Positions 17,155 through 26,643 of a stretch of 54,852 nucleotides of DNA are shown here, piece after piece. Position 1 is the first letter of the stretch; every line of letters begins with the position of its first letter. The notes beneath the pieces are model-generated. The model did no database searches. It was not told the origin of the DNA and saw only the letters and a list, made by a program, of their open reading frames with translations. The translations under genes were made by a program, and so were the position numbers. Location: positions 1 through 54,852 of the IMG/VR virus record IMGVR_UViG_3300030376_004261. One strand, written 5' to 3'. The DNA is from a virus. Taxonomy: Duplodnaviria; Caudoviricetes.

Positions 17155-17349
17155 ATGGAAACTGATAATGATAAAAAACTGGCATCTTTCTTAAAAGACG
17201 CAGAAGTAAAGGTCGTATGGCGAGAAGAGGATAAGACAAAAGTCGGACGTGGACGTATAGTGAATGACGATGATAATTTTATTTATTTGACTGGAGAAAA
17301 AGGTACAGTTATAGTAAGTAAGAACGACGTTATAGCTATAAAGCAGTGA
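17155..17349 (+). CDS. Sm/LSm-like small beta-barrel protein
   Basis: EVKVVW...GRIVNDDDNFIYL...VIVSKNDVIAI fits the Sm1/Sm2 pattern; GAGGTG SD. Confidence 0.55.
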   Translation: METDNDKKLASFLKDAEVKVVWREEDKTKVGRGRIVNDDDNFIYLTGEKGTVIVSKNDVIAIKQ

Positions 17350-17357
17350 GGTAATGA

Positions 17358-18716
17358 ATGAAGATAATGCCTATTTCTGACAGCCCTATGGCTCCCACAG
17401 GGTTTGGAACTAACACAAGAAACATAGCAAGTATTTTTGCATCTGAAGGACACGAGATTGGATATGCTGGATGTCAAAACACAGAGCATACTCCAGAGTG
17501 GAAGACTCCTTGGCCACTTGGTCAAGAAGAAAAAACAGTTTCTTTTGAATTATTACCCTTGATATATCCGGGCCAAGAAAGGTTTGGAGAAAAATCGTTT
17601 CCTAACTGGTTGCAAGGGTTTGAACCAGATTTAATATTTACACACTTAGATATACAAATGTTTGCATATGTTACAGAGTCTAAGAAGACAAGTGCAGTAA
17701 GTATACCATTTGAAGATAATGATGGTAAAAAGTTAACTAGAGCAGACTTTGTTAAGTTAGCTAGAAAAGCATTCAAGATGGGTGGTAAAGGTAAATACAA
17801 GGTTGCTTCTATAATACCTATAGATGGTCAACCGTCTATGCCACACTGGTATGACACAATAAAAGATGTCGACTATCCTATTGCTATGTCTTATTATGGG
17901 CAGAAAGTATTAGAGTTTGATTTTGATGGTTATAAATCTACGGTAATATCGCACGGTGTAGACACCGACTTTTTTAAACCAATAGATGCACCAAGACCTA
18001 ATGACGCATTTGTAGTGGGGTGCGTGGCAAGAAATCAACACAGAAAGAACATACCACGATTGATGAGGTCTTTTAAACTGTTTGTTGAAAAAAATAATTT
18101 GACACCTGACGACACTAGGTTACTGCTACATATGGATTGGAATGACCATATGGGATGGAGAATAGAACATATGGCTAAAAATGTATATGGTATTGAAGAT
18201 TATATGATACCACCAACTATGGGTAATATGGAAAATGGCGAACACCCTGACGACAAAGGTATGGTAGATATCTATAATATGATGGATATTCACGCATTAC
18301 CAACAGGTGGTGAAGGATTTGGTATACCTACAGTAGAAGCAATGGCTTGTGGTAAACCTAACGTAATATGTAATTATACTACAAGTTACGAAATTGTAGG
18401 TGCAGACAAACCAGAATGCCCAGAAGAAATGTTATTACCGCACGGTTTAGAGGGTGATGATAACTTAATAGAATCAGACAGAGGATTCTTAGTGCCTTAC
18501 AAAGATTTGATGTGGGACACTCCTATCAGAGCAGCGCCTATGCGAGCAATGTGGGATGAACACGCAGCAGCTAAAGCGTTCGAGCACTATTATAAAAATC
18601 GAGATGTATTAGAAGAACACAGTAAAAATGCAAGAGCATATGCAGTAAAACACTACGATTGGAATAACTCTATTGCTCCTAAATGGACTAACTGGTTGAA
18701 AACGGTGAAAGTTTGA
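17358..18716 (+). CDS. GT-B glycosyltransferase, family 4-like
   Basis: SDSP..PTGFG, HGVD, RKN, EGFGIPTVEAMACG. Confidence 0.9.
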   Translation: MKIMPISDSPMAPTGFGTNTRNIASIFASEGHEIGYAGCQNTEHTPEWKTPWPLGQEEKTVSFELLPLIYPGQERFGEKSFPNWLQGFEPDLIFTHLDIQMFAYVTESKKTSAVSIPFEDNDGKKLTRADFVKLARKAFKMGGKGKYKVASIIPIDGQPSMPHWYDTIKDVDYPIAMSYYGQKVLEFDFDGYKSTVISHGVDTDFFKPIDAPRPNDAFVVGCVARNQHRKNIPRLMRSFKLFVEKNNLTPDDTRLLLHMDWNDHMGWRIEHMAKNVYGIEDYMIPPTMGNMENGEHPDDKGMVDIYNMMDIHALPTGGEGFGIPTVEAMACGKPNVICNYTTSYEIVGADKPECPEEMLLPHGLEGDDNLIESDRGFLVPYKDLMWDTPIRAAPMRAMWDEHAAAKAFEHYYKNRDVLEEHSKNARAYAVKHYDWNNSIAPKWTNWLKTVKV

Positions 18717-19051
18717 ATTTAGTCTTTGGTATGGATGATGTAATATGCACACCTCACGCAGATATAAATGCGTCAAGGCCTATAGCTAATGTTACTGAAT
18801 TTATGCAGTGGTTGAAGAAACAAGGACATCATATTACAATATGGTCTACTAGACTTAACGATTTAGAAACTAAGTTAAAAACAGAACAGTGGTTAGAAGT
18901 ACATCAAATACCATATGACAGATTGTTGTTTGATAGACCTAGGAAAGCAATATTTGTAGATGAAACACCATCCAGTTGTAAGTATTATACACACAGTGAT
19001 GACCTATATACAGTAGCTGAACTGTTTGAGGAATGGAAAGATGCTAGGTAA
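18713..19051 (+). CDS. HAD-superfamily protein, probably degenerate
   Basis: LVFGMDDVIC (DxD reduced to GxD), ITIWSTR, TEQWL...IPYDRL, IFVDE. Confidence 0.65.
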   Translation: MNLVFGMDDVICTPHADINASRPIANVTEFMQWLKKQGHHITIWSTRLNDLETKLKTEQWLEVHQIPYDRLLFDRPRKAIFVDETPSSCKYYTHSDDLYTVAELFEEWKDAR

Positions 19052-19310
19052 ATACGGACCATTGATGAAAGTTAAGTGGTTAGATGCCACAAATGAAACG
19101 AGAATGAAAAAAATAAATGTAGAGGACCCAAGTGAACACTTATGTTACTGTGAAACAGTAGGTGAGGTAGTAGCACAAGATGAGAGAGCTATAATAGTTA
19201 CATACCATTATACAGATTATGATGGCGTAGATTTTATATGCATCCCTACTTCTTGGGTGATTGAAATGGAAGAGTTATGTTCAGAGAGTTTGGAATCCCA
19301 GCCAGAATAA
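19041..19310 (+). CDS. Hypothetical protein
   Basis: VKWLDA...ETVG...IP pattern common in small phage proteins. Confidence 0.6.
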   Translation: MLGKYGPLMKVKWLDATNETRMKKINVEDPSEHLCYCETVGEVVAQDERAIIVTYHYTDYDGVDFICIPTSWVIEMEELCSESLESQPE

Positions 19311-20332
19311 GACGTTGCGAAACAGTGTTAGATTTACTAACATCATTAGACGAATTCAACGGTAAACGTAATTGTTATGTTAGTGTATACACATTTACAG
19401 GGCTAGAAGGTAAAAAGGTAAATTACGATAGTGCAGTTATAAACACTATATGGTTTGATTTTGACCATAACAAAGATGTAAACAAGTGTTTGAAGGATGT
19501 GAAAAAACTTTACAATAGATTTTGTAAACCTAGAGGTTTAGAACCTAGAATATACTATACAGGTGGTAGAGGATTTCAGTTAAACATTGATTTTCCAAAA
19601 CCAGTAGATTTACCAGTATCAGTAAAAAGACAATCAATCAGAGACTTTCTTATGCATCTTAAAAAGAAATATACACTTACAACACTAGATGAACATTGTA
19701 TAGGTAACAGTGTATCTTGTATGCGTAGGATGCCGGGTAGTCAATACCTTGACAAACAAACATACGAACCTACTGGAAGAAAATGTATTGAAATATCAGT
19801 TAATGATTTAGATAAGACTATGGAAGAAATAGAAGAAATGTCAACTAAAGAATACGTTCAACTTGATGTAGATAGAAGAAAAAATACAACAATTACAAAA
19901 GAATTATTGTTTTTTGTTTGTGATAGATTAGGAATAAGATATACACCATCTAATAGTGAAGATTATTTAATTAATGAAATCAATAAGTCTGAAGGTTTTC
20001 AACCCACAACTGGTTATGTACCTAATATGTATAGACTAGAACCACGCAAATGTATTATGAAAATGTTAAACAAGTGTATAGATTCTGGTCATTCATCACA
20101 CACACAGAACAACATTATTTCGACAGAATTATTGAATGCAGGGTGGAAACAAGATGACGTTGCCTTTATATTTAGATGTATATATAATGAACCCGCCGGA
20201 GACTGGGGTTGGTATACCGACGACAACAGAGCTGGTATGCATATAAAGAACCTCGCAGCGAAAGGTATAAATAGATATTCAAAGGATAGATTAATAGAAC
20301 TAAAAGTATGTTCCAGCAACTCGTGCTGCTAA
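19277..20332 (+). CDS. Archaeo-eukaryotic primase, PriS fused to PriL/PriX-like C-terminal domain
   Basis: IWFDFD, TGGRGFQ, LDE...MRRMPGS motifs; C-terminal PRKCI...SH...C..CC. Confidence 0.85.
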   Translation: MFREFGIPARIRRCETVLDLLTSLDEFNGKRNCYVSVYTFTGLEGKKVNYDSAVINTIWFDFDHNKDVNKCLKDVKKLYNRFCKPRGLEPRIYYTGGRGFQLNIDFPKPVDLPVSVKRQSIRDFLMHLKKKYTLTTLDEHCIGNSVSCMRRMPGSQYLDKQTYEPTGRKCIEISVNDLDKTMEEIEEMSTKEYVQLDVDRRKNTTITKELLFFVCDRLGIRYTPSNSEDYLINEINKSEGFQPTTGYVPNMYRLEPRKCIMKMLNKCIDSGHSSHTQNNIISTELLNAGWKQDDVAFIFRCIYNEPAGDWGWYTDDNRAGMHIKNLAAKGINRYSKDRLIELKVCSSNSCC

Positions 20333-20346
20333 CATAGGAGTTAACA

Positions 20347-20655
20347 ATGACAAAAGTAGAGGACAGAATAGAAGAACTTGAAAAATGGATAGCTGGTTTC
20401 CAAGAAGGAAACGACGAAACATTAGTGTTTAGTAATATGAACTTTTTGATTGCACAATTGAAAGGTATGGGCGACAGACTTACACAGGTAGAACAGTCAC
20501 ACATACAGTTACAAAATGCAATTGAAGCAAACAATAAAGTGTTTGGTGACTTCGTTGAAGATAACGAGCTTGAAGATAAATGGCAAAAGTTCCTTGTGGA
20601 CTTACAGGAGGATGCAGATGCCACTGAAGAAGGGAAAGACACAAAAGACGATTAG
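20347..20655 (+). CDS. Coiled-coil hypothetical protein
   Basis: 102 aa, AGGAG SD. Confidence 0.65.
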   Translation: MTKVEDRIEELEKWIAGFQEGNDETLVFSNMNFLIAQLKGMGDRLTQVEQSHIQLQNAIEANNKVFGDFVEDNELEDKWQKFLVDLQEDADATEEGKDTKDD

Positions 20656-20767
20656 TAAAAATATCCGGAAACTTAGGAAAGAAGGATATAAACCTAAACA
20701 AGCAGCAGCAATTGCGTACAGAACTGCTGGGAAGAAAAAACGCAAAACAACTAAAAGAAAGAGGTAA
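20618..20767 (+). CDS. Small basic phage protein of the MPLKKG...KQAAAIA type
   Basis: Recognisable widespread phage motif; AGGAGG SD. Confidence 0.75.
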   Translation: MPLKKGKTQKTISKNIRKLRKEGYKPKQAAAIAYRTAGKKKRKTTKRKR

Positions 20768-20769
20768 AT

Positions 20770-21054
20770 ATGTCACATCACACCGATTACAAAGTAACAA
20801 GATATGAATGGTACCCTGCTGAAGAACCTACTGGTATATGTGTAGGTTTCACGGCAACTTGCTCGCCTAACGGTAGAAGCCAGTATTGGGATACTGTGGT
20901 AGCTAGCGGTTCAACAACCGGTAAGACTCAAGACCAAATCGTAGGTTTGGCTTGGGATACATTGTCAGGAACTATGGTTCCTTGGGGTAAAACTGAGGAA
21001 GAAAAGTCAGCACTAATAGGTACAACTTACAAAACAGTGTCAGGAAGTGCATAA
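20770..21054 (+). CDS. Hypothetical protein
   Basis: 94 aa, GAGGT SD. Confidence 0.7.
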   Translation: MSHHTDYKVTRYEWYPAEEPTGICVGFTATCSPNGRSQYWDTVVASGSTTGKTQDQIVGLAWDTLSGTMVPWGKTEEEKSALIGTTYKTVSGSA

Positions 21055-21158
21055 TGGCTGACAAGAAAGTAGAAAAGAAAGAAAAGAAAGAAGTGAAGGA
21101 AGAAGAAAAGAAAAAAGAACCTGTGATGAAAAACGCAGCTTCTAGTCCTTACGCTTAA
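21054..21158 (+). CDS. Lys/Glu-rich microprotein, 34 aa
   Basis: MADKKVEKKEKKEVKEEEKKKEPVMKNAASSPYA; TAATG coupling. Confidence 0.5.
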   Translation: MADKKVEKKEKKEVKEEEKKKEPVMKNAASSPYA

Positions 21159-21230
21159 TTAAGGAGATGCAATGGGGATACTTACAACAAAAAGTAAAAA
21201 GAAAGGTAACAGAATCATTGTAGATTATAA

Positions 21231-21725
21231 ATGAGTGACGTTACTCACGTCTGGATGACTCAAGAAGAAATAAATGTTATTACTAAGTATTTATCCCCTA
21301 ATAAGCATATGTTGGAATGGGGTGCCGGAGGAAGTACTTTATTTTTCAGCACTTTTGTTAAAACGTATACCAGTATTGAACACGATAATAACTGGTATAA
21401 CGACGTACTTAAGGTAAAACCGCTTAACGTTTTACTACATCACGTACCAAACAATTTACCAAGAACTATTCCTACAGACCCAATACAATTTGAAGATTAT
21501 ATTAATTACGTAGACACACTAAATAAAAAGTTTGATTTAGTTTTGATAGATGGTCGGGCAAGACCACAGTGTGCAGAAAAAGTTATACCTTACCTATCAG
21601 ATAATGCAGTTGTATTCATCCACGATTTTTGGGAACGACCAGAATATCATTGGGTGTTTAATATGTATGAAGAGGTAGAAAGTATTAAAAACGGGCAGTC
21701 AATAGTAGCTTTGAGGTTAAAATGA
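21231..21725 (+). CDS. Class I SAM-dependent methyltransferase, probably acting on glycans
   Basis: LEWGAGGST, SIEHD, FDLVLIDGRAR, FIHD; adjacent to glycosyltransferases. Confidence 0.85.
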   Translation: MSDVTHVWMTQEEINVITKYLSPNKHMLEWGAGGSTLFFSTFVKTYTSIEHDNNWYNDVLKVKPLNVLLHHVPNNLPRTIPTDPIQFEDYINYVDTLNKKFDLVLIDGRARPQCAEKVIPYLSDNAVVFIHDFWERPEYHWVFNMYEEVESIKNGQSIVALRLK

Positions 21726-22564
21726 AAGTAGCGATTTTATCACACAACAGGCCACACTATCTGAAACAAGTATTAGACAGTATTAAAGAACAAACATATC
21801 AAGACTTTGAGATATTTTTATTCCAAGATGGAGTAGTAAATGCATATTCTTGGAGGAAGACTGCATATTACAATGATGTGTTTGACTGTGTAACTACTTT
21901 CAAAGAAATGTTTCCTACTTCCTCTGTATATGAATCAGAAGGTAATATAGGAATATGTGAAAACTGGCGCAAAGCAGAACATACTATGTTTATTAATAAA
22001 GGATTTAATGAAGTATTATTTTTAGAAGATGATTTAGTTTTATCTAAACACTATTTCCAGACAATAGCTAATATGTTTGATACATTTAGAGATGACCCAT
22101 CGATAGGTTTTTTCAATGCGTACAGTGAAAATAAAGAAGAAGGCAATGATTCAGAAATGAAGAAGATGGGACACTTGTGGTCATACGGCACTACTAAAGA
22201 ATCGTGGCAGCAACGTCAATCGTTTTTTGATAAGTATTATGAAATAGTAAGTGGTAAAGATTATGCATATCGCCCTGTAGATAAGATATATGAATTATAT
22301 AATGATTATAGTGCAAATCCAAACGTAGCACATAGTCAAGATGGAGCGAAATGTATAGCAATGATGTTATCTGGACAAATTAAAGTTAGTACATCACGCA
22401 ATTTAGCTAAGTACATTGGCGCACAAGGATTTCACGCGACACAACAGTTTTATGATAGTATGGGTTTTGCAGATATGCCAATGTATGAAGATGGCCCACT
22501 AACACAATTCAATGTAGATAAAGAAAAGATAAGAAGTGAATTGAAAGAGGAATATCAAAAATGA
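21722..22564 (+). CDS. GT-A fold glycosyltransferase
   Basis: ILSHNRP, FQDG, NIG, FLEDD. Confidence 0.85.
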   Translation: MKVAILSHNRPHYLKQVLDSIKEQTYQDFEIFLFQDGVVNAYSWRKTAYYNDVFDCVTTFKEMFPTSSVYESEGNIGICENWRKAEHTMFINKGFNEVLFLEDDLVLSKHYFQTIANMFDTFRDDPSIGFFNAYSENKEEGNDSEMKKMGHLWSYGTTKESWQQRQSFFDKYYEIVSGKDYAYRPVDKIYELYNDYSANPNVAHSQDGAKCIAMMLSGQIKVSTSRNLAKYIGAQGFHATQQFYDSMGFADMPMYEDGPLTQFNVDKEKIRSELKEEYQK

Positions 22565-23409
22565 AAATCACTGTAATGTGTTTATTTAGAAATAGTGAAA
22601 AGATATTACCTAAACTTTTTTCTAGATTAGAAAAACTTGAAAAGAAATATCAAATGGAATATTACTTTTACGAAAATGATTCTACAGATAGAACAGTAGA
22701 AGAGTTAGAAATATGGATGTTATCTAGAGAGGGTAAAGTCATAAGTGAAATACTAGATGCACCAACCTTTGGACATACACCAGATGAAGAAAGAATGAAA
22801 ATGATGACCTATTATAGAAATAGATTATTAAACGGGATAAAACCGATTGATAGTGATTTCTGTTTTATAATAGATTCTGATGTAGATTTTAATGAAAACA
22901 TAATTGAAGATTACTTAAAGTATATGAAGGACGATGTTGCAATGTGCACACCTTTTGTCAAACAAACTATCAAGTGTAATATGTGTATGTGTGGTAAACA
23001 AACATACTATGATACATTTGCAATACAAGACAAAGACAACAACGAAGGGTTATTACTCTCTTGTAATCCATTCCAAAGGAAGGAAGACAGACAGAGATGG
23101 AAGAACCTTGAACCTGTGATTGTAAACTCAGCATTTGGTGGTGCAGCTTTGGTTAGAACTGAGGCTGTAAATAATACAGAGTGGGCAACTAAAAGAAAGG
23201 AATCAGCTTACACTGTAGAGGGTAGGATGATGGGTAGTTGTGAGCATTGGGCATTTTGTAAAGGTGTAAGTAAGTACGGTAAAATACTTGTGATACCCAC
23301 AATTTTTACATTTGTAAAAATGAAAGAATGGTCCTTACAACCAGCGTTGAAAGAATTACAATTAAGAATAATTGAAGACCCTTGGCAACGGTGGGCTGCA
23401 AACCTTTAA
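22561..23409 (+). CDS. GT-A fold glycosyltransferase (Anp1/CAP59-like)
   Basis: YENDSTDRT, RN, IDSDV, YYDTFA, VNSAFGG, CEH. Confidence 0.8.
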   Translation: MKITVMCLFRNSEKILPKLFSRLEKLEKKYQMEYYFYENDSTDRTVEELEIWMLSREGKVISEILDAPTFGHTPDEERMKMMTYYRNRLLNGIKPIDSDFCFIIDSDVDFNENIIEDYLKYMKDDVAMCTPFVKQTIKCNMCMCGKQTYYDTFAIQDKDNNEGLLLSCNPFQRKEDRQRWKNLEPVIVNSAFGGAALVRTEAVNNTEWATKRKESAYTVEGRMMGSCEHWAFCKGVSKYGKILVIPTIFTFVKMKEWSLQPALKELQLRIIEDPWQRWAANL

Positions 23410-23412
23410 GTA
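23401..23412 (+). promoter_or_regulatory. Promoter AACCTTTAAGTA upstream of the RNR gene
   Basis: Matches the 17103 motif. Confidence 0.65.
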
Positions 23413-23443
23413 GAATAGGAAGCAATGAAAAAGAAGTGATACA

Positions 23444-25312
23444 ATGTTTAAAAATGAAGTAGCCGAATTTATATACAAGAGAACGTATTCCCGTTGGATG
23501 GAAGATGAAGGTCGACGTGAAGAGTGGCCAGAAACAATAGAAAGATTTATTGATTTTTTAATTTTAAAAAACGGTGAAAAGATACCAGAAAAAACTGTTA
23601 AAAAGATAAGACAGTATATGTTAGACTTTGCTGTTATGCCTTCTATGAGGTTCCTTTGGTCCGCAGGACCAGCAGCAGAAAAGGACAACACTGTTATCTA
23701 CAACTGTTCTTTCGCGAAGTTGAACTGTGTTGAAGCATTTGCAGAATGTTTACACATACTAATGTGTGGTACTGGGTTTGGTTTTTCTGTAGAAGAAGAT
23801 GAAGTTAGTAAGTTACCATCTATTCCTGAAATAAAATCAGGCAAAGACATTGCTAGAGTAACTATAGATGACTCTAGAGAAGGATGGGCAGATTCAGTAA
23901 AAACACTTATGACAAGTTTATATGAAGGACAAAACCTTTACTTTGATTATTCACAACTAAGACCGGAGGGGGCCCGTCTAAGTACAATGGGTGGTCGTTC
24001 ATCAGGACCGCAACCACTCATTAAGTTACACGATTTTATACGTGAAACTATGCACAACGCACAAGGTAGAAAACTAACCTCTTTAGAATGTCACGACATT
24101 GCTAATCAGATTGCAGAGATAGTAGTGGCAGGTGGAGTAAGACGTAGTTCGCAGATATCACTATCGGACTTAAACGATGAAGATATGCGACACGCAAAAG
24201 ATTGGCCGTTTCCTATCAGAAGAGCTATGGCAAATAACTCAGCTATATACAGGGAAAAACCAACAGCTGCTGATTTCTTAGTAGAATGGGGTGTGTTGGC
24301 AAAATCGGGCAGTGGTGAACGTGGGATATTTAATTTAGAATCCGCGCAGAACCAAGCACCTAGCAGAAGATATTCATCAAAAATACAAGGAACTAACCCT
24401 TGTGGTGAAATTATGTTACGTGATATGGAATTTTGTAACCTGTCTGAGGTAGTAGTTAGAGAAGAGGATGATTTAGATTCATTATTAGACAAGGTGGAGA
24501 CAGCAACTTGGCTTGGTGTTTTACAATCTACATTTACTAACTTTCCATATCTTAGGAAACAGTGGAAAAAGAACTGTGACGTAGAACGGCTTTTAGGAGT
24601 CAGTTTGACTGGTCAAATGGATAATCCTCTGTTAATGAACTCGGAGGCCTTAAAAGCCCTTAAATCGCGTGTTTTGCGCATTTCTCGTAAAGCATCTACA
24701 GCACTAGATGTTAATATGCCTGTTTCTACCACTTGCGTCAAGCCTTCAGGCACAGTTTCACAACTAGTAGATTCAGCTAGTGGGTGTCACCCAAGATACT
24801 CGCAATACTACATTAGAAGATATAGGATTGCTGCTACTGACCCATTACTTGCAATGTTGAAGGACCAAGGTGTACCTTGTGTTCCAGAAAACGGACAGAC
24901 AGAAGAAGATGCAACTACTTGGGTATTAGAGTTTCCAGTTAAATCACCAGAAGGTTGTATGACCAGAAAGGATATGACAGCTATGGACCAACTCAAACAC
25001 TACAAGAACTTACAATTAAACTGGTGTGAACACAACGCTAGTATGACTGTATATGTAAAAGAAGATGAATGGTTCGAAGTGGGTAACTGGGTATACAAAA
25101 ACTGGGATATAATCAACGGTGTATCTTTCCTACCATATGATGGCGGACAGTATACTTTAGCCCCATATGAGGAAATAGACCACTATACCTACGAAAACCT
25201 TATAAAGAATTTCCCCGATATTAACTACAGCAAGCTTTCAGAGTACGAACTTCAGGATGCAACTGAAGGCGGAAAAGAGTATGCTTGTGTAGGTGATAAG
25301 TGTGACATTTGA
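23444..25312 (+). CDS. nrdJ: Class II (adenosylcobalamin-dependent) ribonucleotide reductase
   Basis: RTYSR, YNC, GGVRRS, TNPCGE, CNL, VKPSGT, C-terminal CVGDKC; no beta subunit in window. Confidence 0.92.
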   Translation: MFKNEVAEFIYKRTYSRWMEDEGRREEWPETIERFIDFLILKNGEKIPEKTVKKIRQYMLDFAVMPSMRFLWSAGPAAEKDNTVIYNCSFAKLNCVEAFAECLHILMCGTGFGFSVEEDEVSKLPSIPEIKSGKDIARVTIDDSREGWADSVKTLMTSLYEGQNLYFDYSQLRPEGARLSTMGGRSSGPQPLIKLHDFIRETMHNAQGRKLTSLECHDIANQIAEIVVAGGVRRSSQISLSDLNDEDMRHAKDWPFPIRRAMANNSAIYREKPTAADFLVEWGVLAKSGSGERGIFNLESAQNQAPSRRYSSKIQGTNPCGEIMLRDMEFCNLSEVVVREEDDLDSLLDKVETATWLGVLQSTFTNFPYLRKQWKKNCDVERLLGVSLTGQMDNPLLMNSEALKALKSRVLRISRKASTALDVNMPVSTTCVKPSGTVSQLVDSASGCHPRYSQYYIRRYRIAATDPLLAMLKDQGVPCVPENGQTEEDATTWVLEFPVKSPEGCMTRKDMTAMDQLKHYKNLQLNWCEHNASMTVYVKEDEWFEVGNWVYKNWDIINGVSFLPYDGGQYTLAPYEEIDHYTYENLIKNFPDINYSKLSEYELQDATEGGKEYACVGDKCDI

Positions 25313-25538
25313 AAAAGATGTAACTGGATATGGACGCAAAATGGGACGAAACGGTGGTGGAAACGGTATCAATATGGAAGACCCACACCCTTACATTGGA
25401 GCTGAGTTAAACGACAGTGGTGTAGGTTTCAAGTATGGTTCATTTACTATCGGTGAAGGTATTAGGTATAGGACTGAAAATCCTTCCAATACAGAAGCAT
25501 ACGGTTCTGGTCAACAGTTACCAAGAAAGACTGATTAA
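25293..25538 (+). CDS. Gly-rich hypothetical protein (start possibly GTG 25302)
   Basis: ORF after AGGTGA SD. Confidence 0.55.
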   Translation: MISVTFEKDVTGYGRKMGRNGGGNGINMEDPHPYIGAELNDSGVGFKYGSFTIGEGIRYRTENPSNTEAYGSGQQLPRKTD

Positions 25539-25540
25539 GT

Positions 25541-25636
25541 TTGAGAGTACTAGAGTGTTCTGGTTGTTTAAAAAGGGCTTTTATATATACATATGAAGGT
25601 AAAAGATACTGTGCATTTTGTTACAATAAGAATTGA
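25541..25636 (+). CDS. Zinc-finger microprotein, 31 aa, last + strand gene
   Basis: MRVLECSGCLKRAFIYTYEGKRYCAFCYNKN; TTG start; overlaps the end of the convergent tail gene. Confidence 0.5.
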   Translation: MRVLECSGCLKRAFIYTYEGKRYCAFCYNKN

Positions 25637-26643
25637 GATAGTATAGGTGGTTGTTTGTTTATAGTTAACTGTAATTTATAATCGTTAGAACCTAAAGATA
25701 AAGATTTACCAATAATTCTAAAGTTTCCAGACACGTCTACATCATCACTAATTATTTCAACAACGTCACCTTCATTTAAGTAAACACCGTCAGCTGTTTC
25801 TATAGTGTATTCATATTGATTTTTTTTATTTGCTTCGAATATCTTGTATCCAAACTCTACGCACTCAGCTTTTGATTTTAATTGTTTATTATCAACACTC
25901 AAAGGATTTTCTCCATAAGAATCAATAAACGAATCGTGTTTGTAAGTCCCAAAAGAGTTATCACCTTTTACATTAATTATAGTGGGTATTTTACGATTGT
26001 TGACTTTAAAAGTTATAATATTATCATAACTATATACTTTTATTGGCGTAGCATTATCTAAATCAGCAGCTAAATCAATTTTTATTTGAGTTTTTGAACC
26101 ATCGTCAAATCTTCTGACGTAATTTTCTCTAGTAACAGTTGAGTTATAATTTACAACTTGTTTCAAAATACTTTTTATAGCATCTAAAATGATTACATCT
26201 CCTCTCATTTTGTCTGGATTTATTATGGGATTAGTGTCACCAATATAATCTGTACCAACCACACTATCTAAATTAGCAAGTTGTATTAATTTTTTTATTG
26301 CATTACCTCCACTCAACCCGTCAACATTAGATTCATCAGTAAGCATAACCTTTGCTTTGTCGTGACCAGTTAAAAAACCAAAATTATCAACAGCAGTAAA
26401 TCTAAGCCCTATATTATCAACTATATCACTGTTAACAATCCTACCTCTAAATATAGGAGTAGCATCAGATATATCAAAAAACAAAACAACTTCTTTATTC
26501 CAATACTTACGATATGACAGTTCGGGTTGAGTTACAGTAAAGTTTAATTGTGCAGCAGTATTATTGCCACGCACTTTTAAATCACAAGAAACAAATTCAG
26601 TCAACGTGTTATCAATTAATAATTTAGGAGTATGTGTTACCAT
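25621..26643 (-). CDS. Tail tip/baseplate hub-like protein
   Basis: IFRGRI and LNEGDVVEI...GNFRII...LTI pattern; last gene of tail operon. Confidence 0.6.
   Translation of the reverse strand: MVTHTPKLLIDNTLTEFVSCDLKVRGNNTAAQLNFTVTQPELSYRKYWNKEVVLFFDISDATPIFRGRIVNSDIVDNIGLRFTAVDNFGFLTGHDKAKVMLTDESNVDGLSGGNAIKKLIQLANLDSVVGTDYIGDTNPIINPDKMRGDVIILDAIKSILKQVVNYNSTVTRENYVRRFDDGSKTQIKIDLAADLDNATPIKVYSYDNIITFKVNNRKIPTIINVKGDNSFGTYKHDSFIDSYGENPLSVDNKQLKSKAECVEFGYKIFEANKKNQYEYTIETADGVYLNEGDVVEIISDDVDVSGNFRIIGKSLSLGSNDYKLQLTINKQPPILSQFLL

Noticed and set aside
25573-25590. GGCTTTTATATA as antisense promoter at the convergence point
   Set aside because: Falls within a plausible Zn-finger micro-ORF with no gene downstream; cannot be supported.
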